Shown one piece after another: positions 1-13,625 of a stretch of 64,000 nt of DNA (position 1 is its first letter; each line of letters starts with the position of its first letter). Under the pieces are notes generated by a model that did not search any database, was not told the origin of the DNA, and was given only the letters and a program-made list of their open reading frames with translations. The stretch is from Lama glama. Its lineage: Eukaryota. Both the position numbers and the translations under genes were made by a program. The DNA lies in NCBI GenBank assembly GCA_028534125.1, contig CM052816.1:63676001-63740000 (forward strand). Direction: 5' to 3'.

Positions 1-689
1 GAGAGCACAGGCCTGTCTGGTTAATTCACTAAATTTTTCCTGGCACCCAGGGGGATTCAGAAGCTAACTCTAAGGCCTTTCTTTACACTAGCAAGTTGTG
101 GACCTGCTATTCAAGCTCAGGCTTGCCAACTCCAAGTGTAATGTGTATTCCCAGTGCCACACTTGCTGTCTCTCTCAGTCTGCTCACCTTCCCAACGGGG
201 CTCCACTGTCAGGTGGTAAGAATGTTCATCTCTACCTGTCTTCAGGGGTGGAATGAGGGTTAAATTAGATCAGGCACACACCACCACACGACTGGGGCTG
301 CAACCCCTCACTCCTGGGCTCGCTCCCAACCCGTGGTCCAGTCCTGTGCTTGCTTAACTATGAGGTTTTGTTCTGTGTAAAACCTTGGTTTCTCCTAGAA
401 TCTTTTCAGTTCTAATGCTGTGTAATTCTATTTCTTCACTTGATTGTCACTAACGCAACCCACAAATGTAAGCTAGTAATGTTACTTACAATCATTTTTA
501 TTAAAATGTCCGTAAACATGAGACCAAGATTAAAATGAGATTGTGTTACTGACCTGTTTGAGTCCCTGCAACAGAAGTCCTCCTGCCTGGTGCCCTGGGA
601 GCCAACAGAACAAGCCCCAGTCTGGTTCAGAAGCAAAGGAAGGCCTTTTTTTTTGATCGGAGAATGAAGAGGTGTGAACTTAATCTCAA

Positions 690-960
690 GAGTCCGTGTT
701 CTCCGGCCAGCCCGTCGGCGGTGCCGCTTTACAGGGATCTCGCCAGTGGGGCCGGGACGGAGTGGGGGAGGGGCCGCGCCGCTCAGGTGCCCGATCGCGG
801 CGCCGGGCGCAGCGTCTCTGCACACGGCCCGCCTCCGCCATCTTGGCGCTTCTGTACACGCCAGAGCTGAGGTTCCGGGTTCCGCCGTTCGCACAAGGAA
901 CTGTGTTCTGAGGTGTGCGGTTCAAGGCCTCTGTATGCAGCCCCCGGGAGCAAGTGAAAC
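690..960. promoter_or_regulatory. CpG-island promoter, probably bidirectional; the gene is not identifiable in this window
   Basis: The most CpG-dense stretch of the window. GC-box-like runs at about 750-780, YY1 motif CAAGATGGCGG on the minus strand (835-845), ETS-like CCGGAA on the minus strand at about 873-878, and a second AGATGGCGG on the plus strand at 1125-1133. Confidence 0.75.
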
Positions 961-1424
961 TAGACTAAACACAAAGAAAAAAAGGTTAGTCTTTATTATC
1001 TAGCTTCTATTTTTATTTCCCAGGAATTGTTCATGGGCTTTGCTGGTGATAATTTCTCTTCCCTTAGAATCACCTCGTATTTAAACCATGGCTGAAGATT
1101 GAGGGTGTGTGGGGACCATCTTTCAGATGGCGGTTGCTATTCTTGTTGGCTTCAAATGGAGCTAACGAATTACTTTTACTGGTGGTCGGAGGCTTGCTTG
1201 TGGCTTCTAATGTATCCTGCCAGGCTTTTTAAAATGTTGCCAGTTTTCAGTCGTACAATCCTTATTTTAAAATAAGCATCGTTACCTTATTATTAATAGT
1301 CCCATTGTATAGAAGTAGAACTGAGACATAACACAGGTTCATTAAATAGTTGGTTAGAAACAAGTAAAAAATGACCAGACTCCTGATTTCTCCTGAGTGG
1401 GCATGGTGGTGTTTCAGAAGGAAC

Positions 1425-1597
1425 ACTGTTGGCTGGGTAAACTGAGGCCAGTCATTTAGCTCTCTGAACCTCAGTTTCTTCATTAGTAAAACAGAGCGTG
1501 CCCTACTCCTATTCAGCGTGTGTGTTTGACAATCAGTTGTGACAGTGTGTGTTCAAGGGTTTGGTAAGAATTGAAGTGCTGTACGGATGTTAAGGAC
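1425..1597 (+). mobile_element. MIR SINE (degenerate)
   Basis: Core CTCTCTGAACCTCAGTTTCTTCAT..GTAAAA. Confidence 0.6.
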
Positions 1598-3364
1598 TGC
1601 TGCCGAGTTGTGCTGCCTCCTGGACTGTATAAAAATACAGCTGCTGCAAACATTGAGAAATCCTTATGAGGAAACAAGACTGTAGCATCCTATCATCCAT
1701 CATTCCCCCATGTCATGAACTGTACTTAATGTTTATGCCCACCCTTCCCTATCGGAGACAATGAAATCACTCTTATGGCCTGTTGTTTTCCCAAGTAACA
1801 GCCTTATCATTTGTATTGCTCTGAGGAAGGCTCTGTTGGAATCATTTGCCCCAAACCCCTGCTTTTCATCAATCTCTTTTTGGCTGCACAACCCCATGGA
1901 GGAGACAATACCCAAATTGCTTTCAATCCAGTAACTCACCCCAGACAACAATAAAAACAGTGACAGCACATCTAAACCCAAGCACTGGATGTTAAGTGAC
2001 CCTTGCATTGGAAGGGGAGCAAACATGGGCAGCAATCCTTGTACCACCTTTGATCTGTTTGTTTAAGATGCTGGGCTATGGTTGTCATCTCTGGAAGATT
2101 TTTCTCTTCTTGGATGTGATCCAACTACTTTATCTCTGTAGGCTCCAGACTGTCATCCTCCCTGTGTTTAAGCTGGGTTGGCAGGGACACAAACCTTGCT
2201 ACCTTTCCCTTCCCATGTGGCCCGAGTGCCTGAGGCCACTCAGGGCCATAGGCACATTTTAAAGTGAGATCTAGGACTAAGTCTCCCTCTTTTTGGGCAG
2301 ATCTCAGAGTCCAGAGTCCATTCTCTTGCCCAAACTGATATCTGGCCAGCAGCTGATATTGATGCATTTTCTTCTGTCTAGTGGTCCTAATGTGACTGGA
2401 AGAGGGACCCACAGAACCACATGACTCCTGATTTCCTGGGCATCCCCTTTCACCTCAATGAGCAGTGCACAGGAATGCTCTGTTATGCAACTACGATCGA
2501 GTGTGCATTTGTATTGACTAGAGCAAGGTGATGAACAGTAATGGCCCCATTAAATTTCACCCTCAGTAGTTCATGGACTGGGAGGGAGCTGCAAGGAGAG
2601 ATGGGTTTGACTTCAACTTCTCAGTGCCACAGATACTTCAGAAACAATTTGTGAGTAAATAATACAAGTGTCCAAAATTAGTGTGCTTACTAAAAGACAA
2701 CTACACCCAAAGGAAGCATTTCTGTTTGAATTTAATTGATTTAAAATTAGTGTTCCCTTTCTTTTGATGGCTCCATTCTTGTTTACTGGGAAAACATTTG
2801 TAGCAAAACACATACTGCGTGTGTATCTGGGCATTGATATTCTCACTGGCAAATACTCTCCGCCACAGTGCCTGGATACATATTTGCCTCTGAGACCTGA
2901 ACCACTCTGAAGGAACCGTTCAAGTCTCCAAAGGAAAGGCTATCTTTACTTGACAAGGATGATGCTAATGTTTAAAATCACCTTTCAGGGCAGTCCTAGA
3001 CATGTTCCTTGGTCTCTCAAGCTATCAAATTTGTAGAAAACAGCAGGACATATTCTGTTAGGAAAGTGTTGTTGTTAAGCCGTATTGCTGGCTCCTCCTT
3101 TGCTTGATTTTTGAGGAGATGGAGAGTAAGAGAAGACAGGGTGATTGATTGCCTAATAAGGATTATTTGTCTAGAAAGAAATTTTTGTTGTTGTAATTCC
3201 TTTGTGGCTTCTTCATCTGAAAGAACAGTCTTTGGGGAATTCATAGCATGTACAGAATTCTAAGAAATGGGTGATGGATGCAGATGATCATTTTAGAGAA
3301 GAGTTCTAATTTGCCTTACAGTTGCTACTCTTCTAACAGTTTAAACACTTATGTGTGTGTGTGT

Positions 3365-3940
3365 ATTTTTTCCTTTTTACAAACATGATGCTTGTTCATT
3401 GTGGAAAAAGGAGTAAACAGAAGAAAATAAATATCAGCCTTAATCTTAGCACCTAGAAGTAGTTTTTAAAGTGTATCTCCTATCCATAACGTACAATGTA
3501 ATATTTTAGTAAAAAGGACATCATATGTGATATCTGTCACATAATTTTAATTTACTTTTATTCACTTATTATATTAAATGTTTATTTCTGTGGTCCATGT
3601 TCTACATTATTACATTAATAGCTTTATAGAATTTAGAATTTCATCATGTGATAGACCAGTCTCCTATTATTAAACATTTAGAGTACTTTCGTTTTTCCAA
3701 ATGCTAATGCTATAGTAAATATCCTAGAAGCTCCAGTTTGGTGTTTCTTTAGGATAAATAACTAGAAATGGAATGTCTGAGTCAAAGGATATGCAGAACT
3801 TTTAGGCTTCTGACACGTATCGCTAAATTTCCATCCATAAGTGTTGTGTCAATTTCATTTATCACTTGATGTGTAAGAGAGTGACTATTTCCTCAAATCT
3901 TCACCAACATTAGGCATTTAAAAATATCTTTTCAACCCTA
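3365..3940 (-). mobile_element. Old L1M (L1ME-like) 3' fragment
   Basis: Antisense L1 3' motifs, e.g. TAGGATAAATAACTAGAAATGGAATGTCTGAGTCAAAGGATATG and TCTTCACCAACATTAGG. Confidence 0.7.
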
Positions 3941-4018
3941 TGGGAAATATGGAGTGAAGGATAGACCACTCAAAACTGATACAACACTAAGAACAACAAC
4001 AAAAACATGACTGGTGCA

Positions 4019-4369
4019 TGTTATAGCCTGAATTGTGTCCTTGCTGCACCCCCGTCCCCCTTTGTATATTGAAGCCCTAAACCCCAATGTGACCATATTT
4101 GGAGATAGACTTTTAAGGAGTTAATTAAAGTTAAATGAGATCATAAGGGCAGGGCCCTAATCAGATAGGACTGTTGTCCTTCTAAGAAGAGGAAGAGACA
4201 CCAGAGTGTGTGCTCTCTCTAAGCACCCAGAGAGAGTTCATGTGAGCCAGGAAGAGAGGTCTCATCATACACTAACTCCGCAGGCACCTTGATTTTGGAC
4301 TTCAGATCCAGAACTATGAAAAAATATACTTCTGTTGTTTAAACTACCCAGCCTGAACTGACTTATACA
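4019..4369 (+). mobile_element. MaLR solo LTR (MLT1A-type)
   Basis: TG...CA ends; TATTGAAGCCCTAAACCCCAATGTGA, GCACCTTGATTTTGGACTTC and CCAGAACTATGA are typical MLT1A blocks. Confidence 0.85.
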
Positions 4370-4593
4370 GCACCCTTGTAGATTCTTGGCAAAGCCCAAG
4401 CATTTGGCATAGCCAGAGACCGCCATGGGATATTTAAAAAGCACAAAAGCAACAGGGTGGAAATGCTGACTTGAGGGCACTGAGGTAATGTAGACAGAAG
4501 TGGAGCTGTGAGCTAGTGGTGCTGCTGTCAAGGTTGGCACAGGAGGAAGTGCAGCCTGCCACAAGCTGAGAGCCATGTAGGTACTTCTCTTCA

Positions 4594-5054
4594 CAGGCAT
4601 ACCTCAGAGATACTGCAGGTTTGTTCCCAGACCACAGTGAAAAAGTGAATATTGCAATAAAGCGAGTCACACAAGGTTTTTGGTTTCCCAGTGCACATAA
4701 AATTATGTTTACACTAAATTATTAGGGTCTACTGTGTGCAATAGCATTATGTCTAAAAAATGTACATACCTTATTAATTAAAAAATATTGCTAAAAACTG
4801 CCAAACAGTTACAACAGTAACATCAAAGATTCCTGATCATGGATCACCATAACAAATATAATAATAATGAAAAAGTTTGAAATATTGCGAGAATTACCAA
4901 AATTTAATACAGAGATGCAAAGTAAGCAAATGCTATTGGAAAAATGGCACCAACCAACTTGCTCAATCCAGGGTTGCCACAAACCTTCAAACTATGAGAA
5001 ACACAGTATCTGCAAAGCAAAATAAAGCAAATGTAATAAAACAAAATATGCCTG
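4594..5054 (-). mobile_element. Tigger1-derived non-autonomous DNA transposon (internal deletion, about 460 bp)
   Basis: Terminal inverted repeats CAGGCATA...TATGCCTG, flanked by CA (decayed TA) and TA; both Tigger1 subterminal regions are present. Confidence 0.9.
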
Positions 5055-5551
5055 TATTTATTTACTTTTAATAGAGCTAAAAGTACTCCTGCCTGTATGA
5101 CAGCAGAGATGAGGGCTTTTCCCTTTATTTCTTCATTTTATTCTGGCTCCTCTTGTCTAAGAAAAAAACCATACATAAACCAACATAGTATCTATATTTT
5201 ACTGACATAATTCCCCTATATACCAACCATGTATGAACTAATTGGTATCTTAGAAGCATATTTTATAGCAGAACTGATTGTAATCCACTCTGTTACCTCA
5301 GTTTCCTCAACTGTAATTTAAAGAGGCTGGAAAATATCAGTGAATTTTAAAATTTGTACACTGAATAATACCTAACGCTACATTTTCCCCTCTCCCAGGG
5401 TCAAGGTTAGACTGCTGGGCCAGGGGTGCTGTGGGCCTGGGCTTGGTTGTGGTGTAAATCTAACTGGGATCTGGTACTTCCCCCTTCCTTGCTTTAAAAT
5501 AACGGTTCTGCTTTTTATTTGTTATGTATGATTTTGTTTGGAGAAAAGGTC

Positions 5552-5916
5552 TGTTACGGACGAATGTTTGTGTCTCCCCCAAATTCATATGTTGAAATCC
5601 TCACCTCCAATGTGATGATACTGGGATGTGGGGCCCTTGGGAGGTACACAGGTGATAGAGGTGGAGCTCTCATGAATGGGATTAGTGCCCTTAAAAAAGA
5701 GACCCCAGAGAGCTCTCTTGCTCTATTCCACTCTGTGAGGATATGACGAAAAGATTGCAATTTATAATCTGACAGAGGGCTCTCACCAAAACTTGACCAT
5801 ACTGGTGCCCTGACCTTGAACTTCCAGCCTCCAGAACTGTGAGAACTAAATGTCTGCTGTTTATAGCTCACGCAGTCTGTGGTGCTTTGTCATAATGGCT
5901 TGCAATGACTAAGACA
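5552..5916 (+). mobile_element. MaLR solo LTR (MLT1A0-like)
   Basis: TGTTA...GACTAAGACA with a perfect 5-bp TSD AGGTC (5547-5551 and 5917-5921); CTTCCAGCCTCCAGAACTGTGAGA. Confidence 0.9.
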
Positions 5917-6079
5917 AGGTCCTTCATCTTAAAAGACTTGAAAATCTTAGGACAGGTTGATATTAAGTTACCTTCTAGTTGTAATTCTGTGATCTTTAAA
6001 ATTGGTTTATTACCAGTGTAAGACTTTGCATACATTATAACATTCTTTAACATACATATTCTCATCTTTCCTACCCATT

Positions 6080-6225
6080 CATTCCTTAAAGTAGTAAGGA
6101 CATGTATCATCATTCTCATTTCATATACTTGGAAACATTAAGTGACTTCTTAGGATCACACAACTAGATAGAACTAGAACTCAGGTCTTCTGACTCTAAA
6201 CTTCATCATTTTCCCCACTACTCCT
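6080..6225 (-). mobile_element. MIR SINE fragment
   Basis: TTAAGTGACTT...GATCACACAACTAG...TAGAACTCAGGTCTTCTGACTCTAAA. Confidence 0.6.
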
Positions 6226-7524
6226 GTGAGAAGGAACAAAGAGTTACATTCTTAAAAGCTATAAGGAAGGTAAGGAAAAGAGTAGTAATCCTACTATTTA
6301 AAAGCCCAGTTAAAAAGTATAGCAAGTTATGTGAGTTTTCATTTTTCAAAAGATAATTCAGTAGGATTGTTTTTCTACTTATTTATCATTCCTTTTAATC
6401 TTCATAAGAGTTATTATTATTATTTGGACACAAGGTCTAGAATGGTCATTACTATGAGTCTGGTGAGTTTGAATAGAAGGCCGTCATTTTAGGAGCTGCA
6501 GATAACCCAGAACTCTGTCAGTCAGCATACTTTAATTGCAAATAAGGAACCTAGAGAAAAGGTTTCTTGAGCTTTGAATTTGCAGTCTTACACTTAGGAA
6601 CTGGCAAACATTATCTCTTCCCAAAATGCTTCTCACTCCCCTTTTCCAGTCACATCCAGGAACAAATTATGCTTTCCTCTCTTCAGTTCCATCATTTTTT
6701 ATTTCACAAAATACAGATTTTTGTGTGTTGTCAAAGGATTTCCTACACTCATTAAATAGACTCTTTTCCAATTTCTACCTATACCTTCATGAATTGACTG
6801 GAAGAGCCTCCACTGTCCTCTACCATAGTCCTTCAATTTGGATTTTAGTCTGTTTGTAGCTCAAAATGGCTATCTTTGACCTAAAACCTCAGGCTGTACT
6901 GGTTGCTACCTGAGAGTGGCTCTTATGGGCTGCTTGCCTATTTTTGGAATAAGATCACTGTACTTCAGAGTCCCTTGTAATATGGAGCTGCAGGAATGAC
7001 TGCTGCTCTTTCATTTAATCTCTGTTGAGCCACAAGAAGGCCCATTGAACACAGTGGTCCCTGTGCCTGGCTGTGTCCCTCTGTGTCCTTATCTCTGCCT
7101 TTCTGTCTCTCCTTCTCCTTCTCTCACCTCTTCAACCCTTGCATTCCCCATCTTGGCTGCAAGGAACTTGAAGACGAAACCAGAATTCAGCTCTGATTTG
7201 ACATTTCTCTGCAACACTTGGTAGGTAGCATGGGGGGTATCCCACAGACAGACAAACATTTTCCCTTTCCTGGATTTGGAATAAGGAATAATCAAAGGAG
7301 GCCTTCCTCCATTCAGCTGAGAAAGAGAAAGCCTGGAGCCAAATATATCTTCTGATTTTATGGATGCACAAACCTGCAAAGACTTAATGGAAAGGAACTT
7401 GGAAGGAGAGGAAGATGATCAAATTGCTCTAGGCTCCCTGCTTGATTACTTTCAGGTACTGAGTGCATGTGTCAATTTATGTGACTGATTTAATGATTTC
7501 CCTTTATGACATTGTTAATCATCA

Positions 7525-7612
7525 TAATTATAGTAACTTACGTTTGTGTAGTGCTTTATGGTTTTCAAAGCACTTTTATATCCATTATCTTACCAGGTCT
7601 CACAACAAACTG
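7525..7612 (-). mobile_element. MIR 3' fragment
   Basis: TAGTGCTTTATGGTTTTCAAAGCACTTTTATATCCATTATCT...TCTCACAACAA. Confidence 0.5.
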
Positions 7613-8214
7613 GGGAAGACACACTTGCCAGAAGAATGGTGTTTTTTTGGGGAAGTCATTTTCTCTGAGCAGGCATCTTCAAGAAGGGATGCATGAAAGT
7701 CGTTGAGGGAGGAGGGAGATACTAAGCCGGAGAAGTCAGCCTAATCCCCCGGGGCTGGGCAGATGTCACTCTGCCCCGGCCCCTTCACACCCTGGCTGGC
7801 AATAACAAGCTTTAACTCAATTTAGTAAAGCAGCACTTTAGTCCCATTGAATCACTTTGCTAAACAAAGGGTTACATCCAACGCGCCAGCCTTGGATTTG
7901 CCATGTTTCTGACCCAGTGGGTATCAGTGGGAGCTTCCCTATTTCACCCACCAACATCAATCTCCACCTAGTTTTTATTATTATATTACTTCCTCAGCGA
8001 CTGCTCTAGCTTTGGAAGACTTTAACTCTAAAAATTTACAGCTTAGTCCCCCCAGAGTCCTACACATAAGGCTGATGGCAACTGGAGCAATTCCATTGTT
8101 TTTCTTTCTTGTAGCCATCTGTAATGTAGTTCCACGCCTCTATAGTTATTAACCATGGAACACCAAAACTCTCCTAATTCCTCTCTCTCCTATATGTACG
8201 TCTCCCTCTTATCC

Positions 8215-8375
8215 AGCCCTGTGACACAGATGGGGTAACTACTATTATTTCTTATTTGTAGATAAGAAAAGTATGTTAGGAGGTTACATCATTTGCTCAC
8301 ATGCAGTTTGGTGGAGCCAGGAGCAGTCCTCAGATCACCCAGCTCCCAAGTTAGTTATTTTTCCACTATATAGTA
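8215..8375 (-). mobile_element. MIR fragment
   Basis: ATTATTTTCTTATTTGTAGATAAGAAAA...AGAGGTTA..TTTGCTCA. Confidence 0.5.
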
Positions 8376-11300
8376 GGGTACAATTTGGTGCCCCTTCCTC
8401 CCTTCTTTTTAAAAATTTTCAGAAACAGGCAAAATTCTGGGAAAAAAATCCAAAAATTGCTCATTATTTTACATTTAATAAAACCACTTCACCTGCACTT
8501 CAAGGTCCTTTAGAGTCAATGTGAAAATGTGTTTATTGTTAGATTTTCTTCCCAGTCCATCACCCTCTTCTCTAGGGTGAATCCCGATTGCCATGATTAT
8601 AGTGCATGACCTTTCCTTCTTTTCATGGCCGCTTAGAAAACAGGTGAACCTAAGCAGGCTGGAGCAAATGGTCTCTCCTGGAAATCTGGAACGGGTATGA
8701 ATAGATGCTAGTTATTTATTTTATAGGTCATTTGAAGTTGTGGCAATTAAACTCTGCGGCTGTGGCCCCCAGACATATACACATGAAGAAGAAATTAGAG
8801 AGAAGAAAGAAGCAGGGAGGTGAGAAGCCACGTGGTGCTGGAGGAATAGAGCTAGGCAGGCAGCAGGGGTGGCTGCCTTGTTTTTTAACTGCTTTTTGGT
8901 TCCCCACTCGAGGCACACAAGGAGCCTGCCCCCATTGTAATTCCTCCCCTTGGAGTGTATCAGACACTCCAGGAGTTCTTTCCAATAAATTCTTGTTTTT
9001 TGCTTAAGTTGTATTAAAATAAGAGGGTTTCTAATACTTGTCATCCAAAGAGCTTTAACTTGGATGTTCTGAAAACTACTTTCCAGAAATTTTCACTCCA
9101 AGAATTTCTTTCATTGTCCAGGTATAGAAAATACCCTGCCCCAGCCATTGTCATGGTCTGCAAACCCTTAGCTGCACACATCCCCAGGTACACACATCCC
9201 CAGGTGTGCATGTCCGCAGGTGTATGTGTCTTGAGGCCCCTGCCCAGTCATGTGGCCAGGAGACAGCATTCCTAGCTCTGCTGACCTCGCCCTTTTCTTT
9301 ATCCTGAAGCTCCCAGTGAAAAGGGCAGCCTCCAGCCCGGTACTTGGATAATGTCTTCTCATTGACCCGATCTCGCTTTCCCTTTGCTGCTGATGCCCAT
9401 TTCCTTCTTTTGCAGTCACCCTGTCATTCATTGTTTGCTAATGACTAGTTGGCAGGCATAGAGAGGAGAAGTGGCAGCCAGCCTGGCTTTCAGCCTGGAA
9501 AGAAGCATGTTTTTCTAGAGAGTGAAAACATTATTTGGTAAGAAGCACGTTCCAGCACTGAATATTTCTCTTTCAAAGTCCTGCTGGGCTCCTTCTGTCT
9601 CTCAGAGTCTGCGTTTTCCTTGTCACTGCCTCCCACCTCCTTCCCAGATGGAGACTGGCAGGGCCGTTTGATTTGGGGATGGGGCTCCTCAAAGGCAGGT
9701 GCAGATTCTGGAGGAGACTCTAATACAGTCTTCGGAAAGCAAACCATTAGAGCAATTATAATCATAGGAAAATAATAGGCTGCTATTTGGAAACTTTCAA
9801 AACCATCTCAGATTTTTCTAGAGAAAGCCAGTAGTTAGCAAGAAATATCAAGTTCTCTCTGCTATCCACTCACAGAGAAGTCTCTTGAACTGGCAGAGTG
9901 AACTTACCCTTGTCTTGGATTTAATATTTGTTCCAGAGAAGGATGGGACCCTTGACATCAGTTTCTATTATTAATTTCATAGCCACGTGGGGAATGGTCC
10001 TCCCACCTCCCTCCTTCCAGAGGTCCTAAAAGCCAGGCAGCTGGGACCAGCCCTCTCAGGCCAGACCTTACCTTGCACCTAGAGAGACTGATGTTACAAA
10101 CTTAAGCAATAATGCTGACTACTTGTTTATTATTCATTGTATACCAAGCAGTCTTCAAAAATCTGATAAAATGTTGCTGTGGTTTTCACAGTCCTCTAAA
10201 TGCTTCTCAACCAGAAGAGGGCGTTGTGTCCCTGATTTTTTTTTTTCCTTTTAAAATAAGTGGAAAGCAAATGAGTTTTACAACCATTGATATTCTTTAA
10301 GCGTTAATAACAACACCACAACAACAAGTTCATCTGTTGAAGACAAATAGTCAAAAGAAATAGTAGTGAATGCAAACCATGCAGCTCACATGGAGCACTG
10401 CTCTGGGTACTGGGGTCACAGTGGTTTCCAGTGAACATATTTCTTGTGCTGCTAGCCCAGGTTAGAAATGAAGTGACATAAAATGCAAGAAGGGCCCCTT
10501 GCTAGTGAGGAGCAGTGGGTAATATATTTGTTTGTATTATGGGATTGCAGTTCTACTAGAAAGAACACTTGACATTTTGATGAGTGCCTCCAGGGAGAAA
10601 AGGTACTAACTTCAGAACTTAGTTTTAATTATACTAAGGAGATTACATTATTCAAAAGCATCCCACTGGTAAGGTGCAACATTTCCTGAAACAGTTTAGT
10701 GGAAAATGCCACATTAATCAGTTCAACATTTCACTCAGAAGGCTTAATGATGGGAGAAGCTTAAAGTACCGTGGCAACGATAATGCAGAAGGGAAGGGGA
10801 AAAAAAGAGTGTTCACTTAGAGGAAAAGATTGAAACAGTTGTTAGTCCCTTTTGTGTCTTTCCCCATTAAAAGCTGGCTGGCTCTGCAACAAGCCCAGTG
10901 GGGATCAACATGTGGGACCCCACCGTTCCAGAAACAGGAGGACCCTAAAAGGCAACAATCACTATGTGAAAGAGTAAGGATGTTAGGTTCAAGCCATGTC
11001 CTCTGCCCAGGCAGTTTACCGCTGCTCCACGGTTTATAGTACAGGTTGGTGATGAATAGCTGCTTTCTTCCTCCCTACCCAGGACAAAGGATCTTTGTAA
11101 ATACATAGTATTTGATATGAAAGGGAGATGGGCAGAATGAGATTCTGGACTGTTTTGTTTTCTTTTCCCAACGTTTCCTCCAACTCATATTCTAATTACC
11201 GTCTCCAGCTCACAAAAGTTGAATGAGAATTTGGCCTGAAAGTCAGAAAGGTCTGTACTTAGCAGCTGGGCTCTCACCTGAAAGGGGACCTACACTCATG

Positions 11301-13409
11301 GGCCTTTGGGATGCTGACAGGCTGAGTGACGATGCAATTGGAAATTCAATCCAGATCTTGATGTTTGTAAACATATAAACCAGCCTCACGGTTAGTCAAA
11401 TTAGAGGAAACAGTTCAAAAAGAAAACAAATCCAAGCCTGTCGTTCTCGTGGGGATGTAGTCCAGCTAACAAGTGCAGGTCCTTAGCTGCAGCCAGCATT
11501 GGGCACTGGTTAGGGAGCAGAAACAATGACGGTTTGTGTGCTTTTGTTAACATTTTTTTGGTCCAGTTGTTGGTTTAATTTCTGTTCAGCTCTCACCACA
11601 AAGAAGCCAAAGTGTCTTGGAATAAAAACTAAAAATCAATACAAGAATAGCGTAGCTAAATTGTGTAGAACGTACACCATGTGAATCCCCCCGCTGTTTC
11701 CTTTTCTCTGTTTCTTAGTAAATGTCATACCAGATTTTTACTGCATGTGTGCTGTGGGGTCCCTCCTGCTTTGTGGATCAGAGTCACCTTTGTTTTTACC
11801 TTCAAAGCTCTCTGCTTCTGCTGTGAACTTCTCTTCTTCCTGTAAGTCACCTTCTTTCTTTCCCAGGAGCAGGTGCCTGTGTAGCGTTACTGGGCATGTT
11901 TCCGTCCACGTGTACCCTCCTCTGAGAAGCTCTAACTGTGGAGCTCTCTGAAATACTAGATAACTTTTCCTCATTCAGAAATCCCCAAGCGTTTTTGATA
12001 GCATTATCCCATTCTTGCCTTATTCTTGTTTGGTTTCCAAGACTTTAGCAAAGTGATACGTATTTATTGAGAACATTGTAGTGAATCTAGAATTTTGTTT
12101 TGAAATGTGCACAAAAGCCCATGAGATTTTAACAATCTTCCGGGGAAGCAATAAATATGATTTCACTGTTAAATTATTATTTTGATGTCATGGTAGCAAG
12201 GCTTATACACAACACACATCCTTGAAGGAGATGTAGGAAGAAGCATTCTGTCTTCTAGTGAAGGGGCCTCTATCATTATCTTGATGGTGTTGGAAAGTAA
12301 TACATGGAAGTTTCTATTTTTGTGTTGCTTTGTTTACTATTTTACAAAGTCCTTTGTCTGGTTTTGGGTTAATTCTTCAAATTAGGTTGAATGCAGTCTT
12401 TGATGTGTTCAAGTTCTTCATTTGTTCCTTCTTGGACAGCCTGGGGCCTGGTTCTAACCAGGAGCAGGGATGCTGAAATCCATGGGTTATCGTCTGTTTT
12501 TCTTGTCCTAGTCACTCTTTTCTAGTTTTAGGATTCCAGGTGTTGTTCCACTCTTAAAAATGTGGTTGACTCCATCTGTAGATTTTTACCAAATGAATTT
12601 TCTAAGCCTTATAACCAGACCCTAGTCTTAAAGGTTGGAAGGGTATGGGATGCTGCTATTATAACAAAACTAGAAAATGAAATTCTAAATGCTCAATCAC
12701 CTAGAAATTGCTGAATATGGTGTACCAGGCTATGGTCAAACTGATGTGAAATGTGGAGTGCTCATTGACTATCAGGAAAAGATGCAGCTTCACTGCACTC
12801 ACTGGCATAATATTTCCCCTGTTGGTTTAAAATAGCTGACTTTTCATTGGACACAAAGATTCTAGTGGGAGAAAAGGTAAAGGACACCTCACTCAAACTC
12901 TATGCAGAAGGTGCCTGGGTTTTACTCCTGCAACAGTCCCTCCCAAGTCCCTGTTCCACAATCACCTTTTCTGACTTTATGAATCTTCGCTGGCTCTTGA
13001 CAAGAACTGGAGCTGGCTGCTGGCCTGACCTCCTCCTGTGCTGATAATCTCTTCTCTTATTATTTTTTTCCTCTATTATGATGTGATTGCACTACCACCA
13101 TAATAATAATCATTTACCAGGTTGTTATCTGCCTCTTATTGGGCGGTGCCCATCTATTTTTTAAAAACTGAAGCTCCGACCGTCCTGGCTTTTCAAAGAA
13201 TTTTTCCATGGCTTTGGGCTTCAAAAACTTCTGCTTGACTCCCACTATATGTGTGAACCCTGCCTGGCTTCATCTGTTTTTCTTTGTTTTCTTCAACATT
13301 ACAGCTAATTCTGTTGTTTGGTTTCTATAGAATCATACATCTGCCTGTCACAGATAACTTCGGTCATAGTCAAAATTATGTATGTTTGTCTGTGATAACT
13401 TATATTTTA

Positions 13410-13625
13410 GATTTATTTTTTATTGAGGTAACATTGGTTTATAACCTTATGTAAGTTTCATGTGTATAACACTGTATTTCTACTTCTGTAGACCCTACAG
13501 CATGCTCATCACCAAAAAGTTAGTTTCCATCCATCCCCATGCAGGTGCTCCCCTTTATCCATTTTGCCCTGTCCCATCCCTTACTCTCTGGTAACCACTA
13601 CTCTGTTCTCTTTGACCTACGTGTT
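13410..13625 (-). mobile_element. L1 3' end (L1MA-like), 5'-truncated
   Basis: T-rich tail then TTTATTGAGGTAACATTGG...CTCTGGTAACCACTACTCTGTTCTC. Confidence 0.8.

Noticed and set aside
833..845. 13-bp identity CTCCGCCATCTTG between the CpG island and the L1 5' end (35040-35052)
   Set aside because: This is the YY1 consensus and the flanks do not align, so convergence is likelier than an L1 origin of the promoter
436..1003. Overlapping R/G/P/A-rich ORFs on both strands
   Set aside because: An expected by-product of high GC at a CpG island; no recognisable protein
1690..2500. Possible ancient LTR or Gypsy-like sequence
   Set aside because: No termini, TSD or peptide motif that I can support
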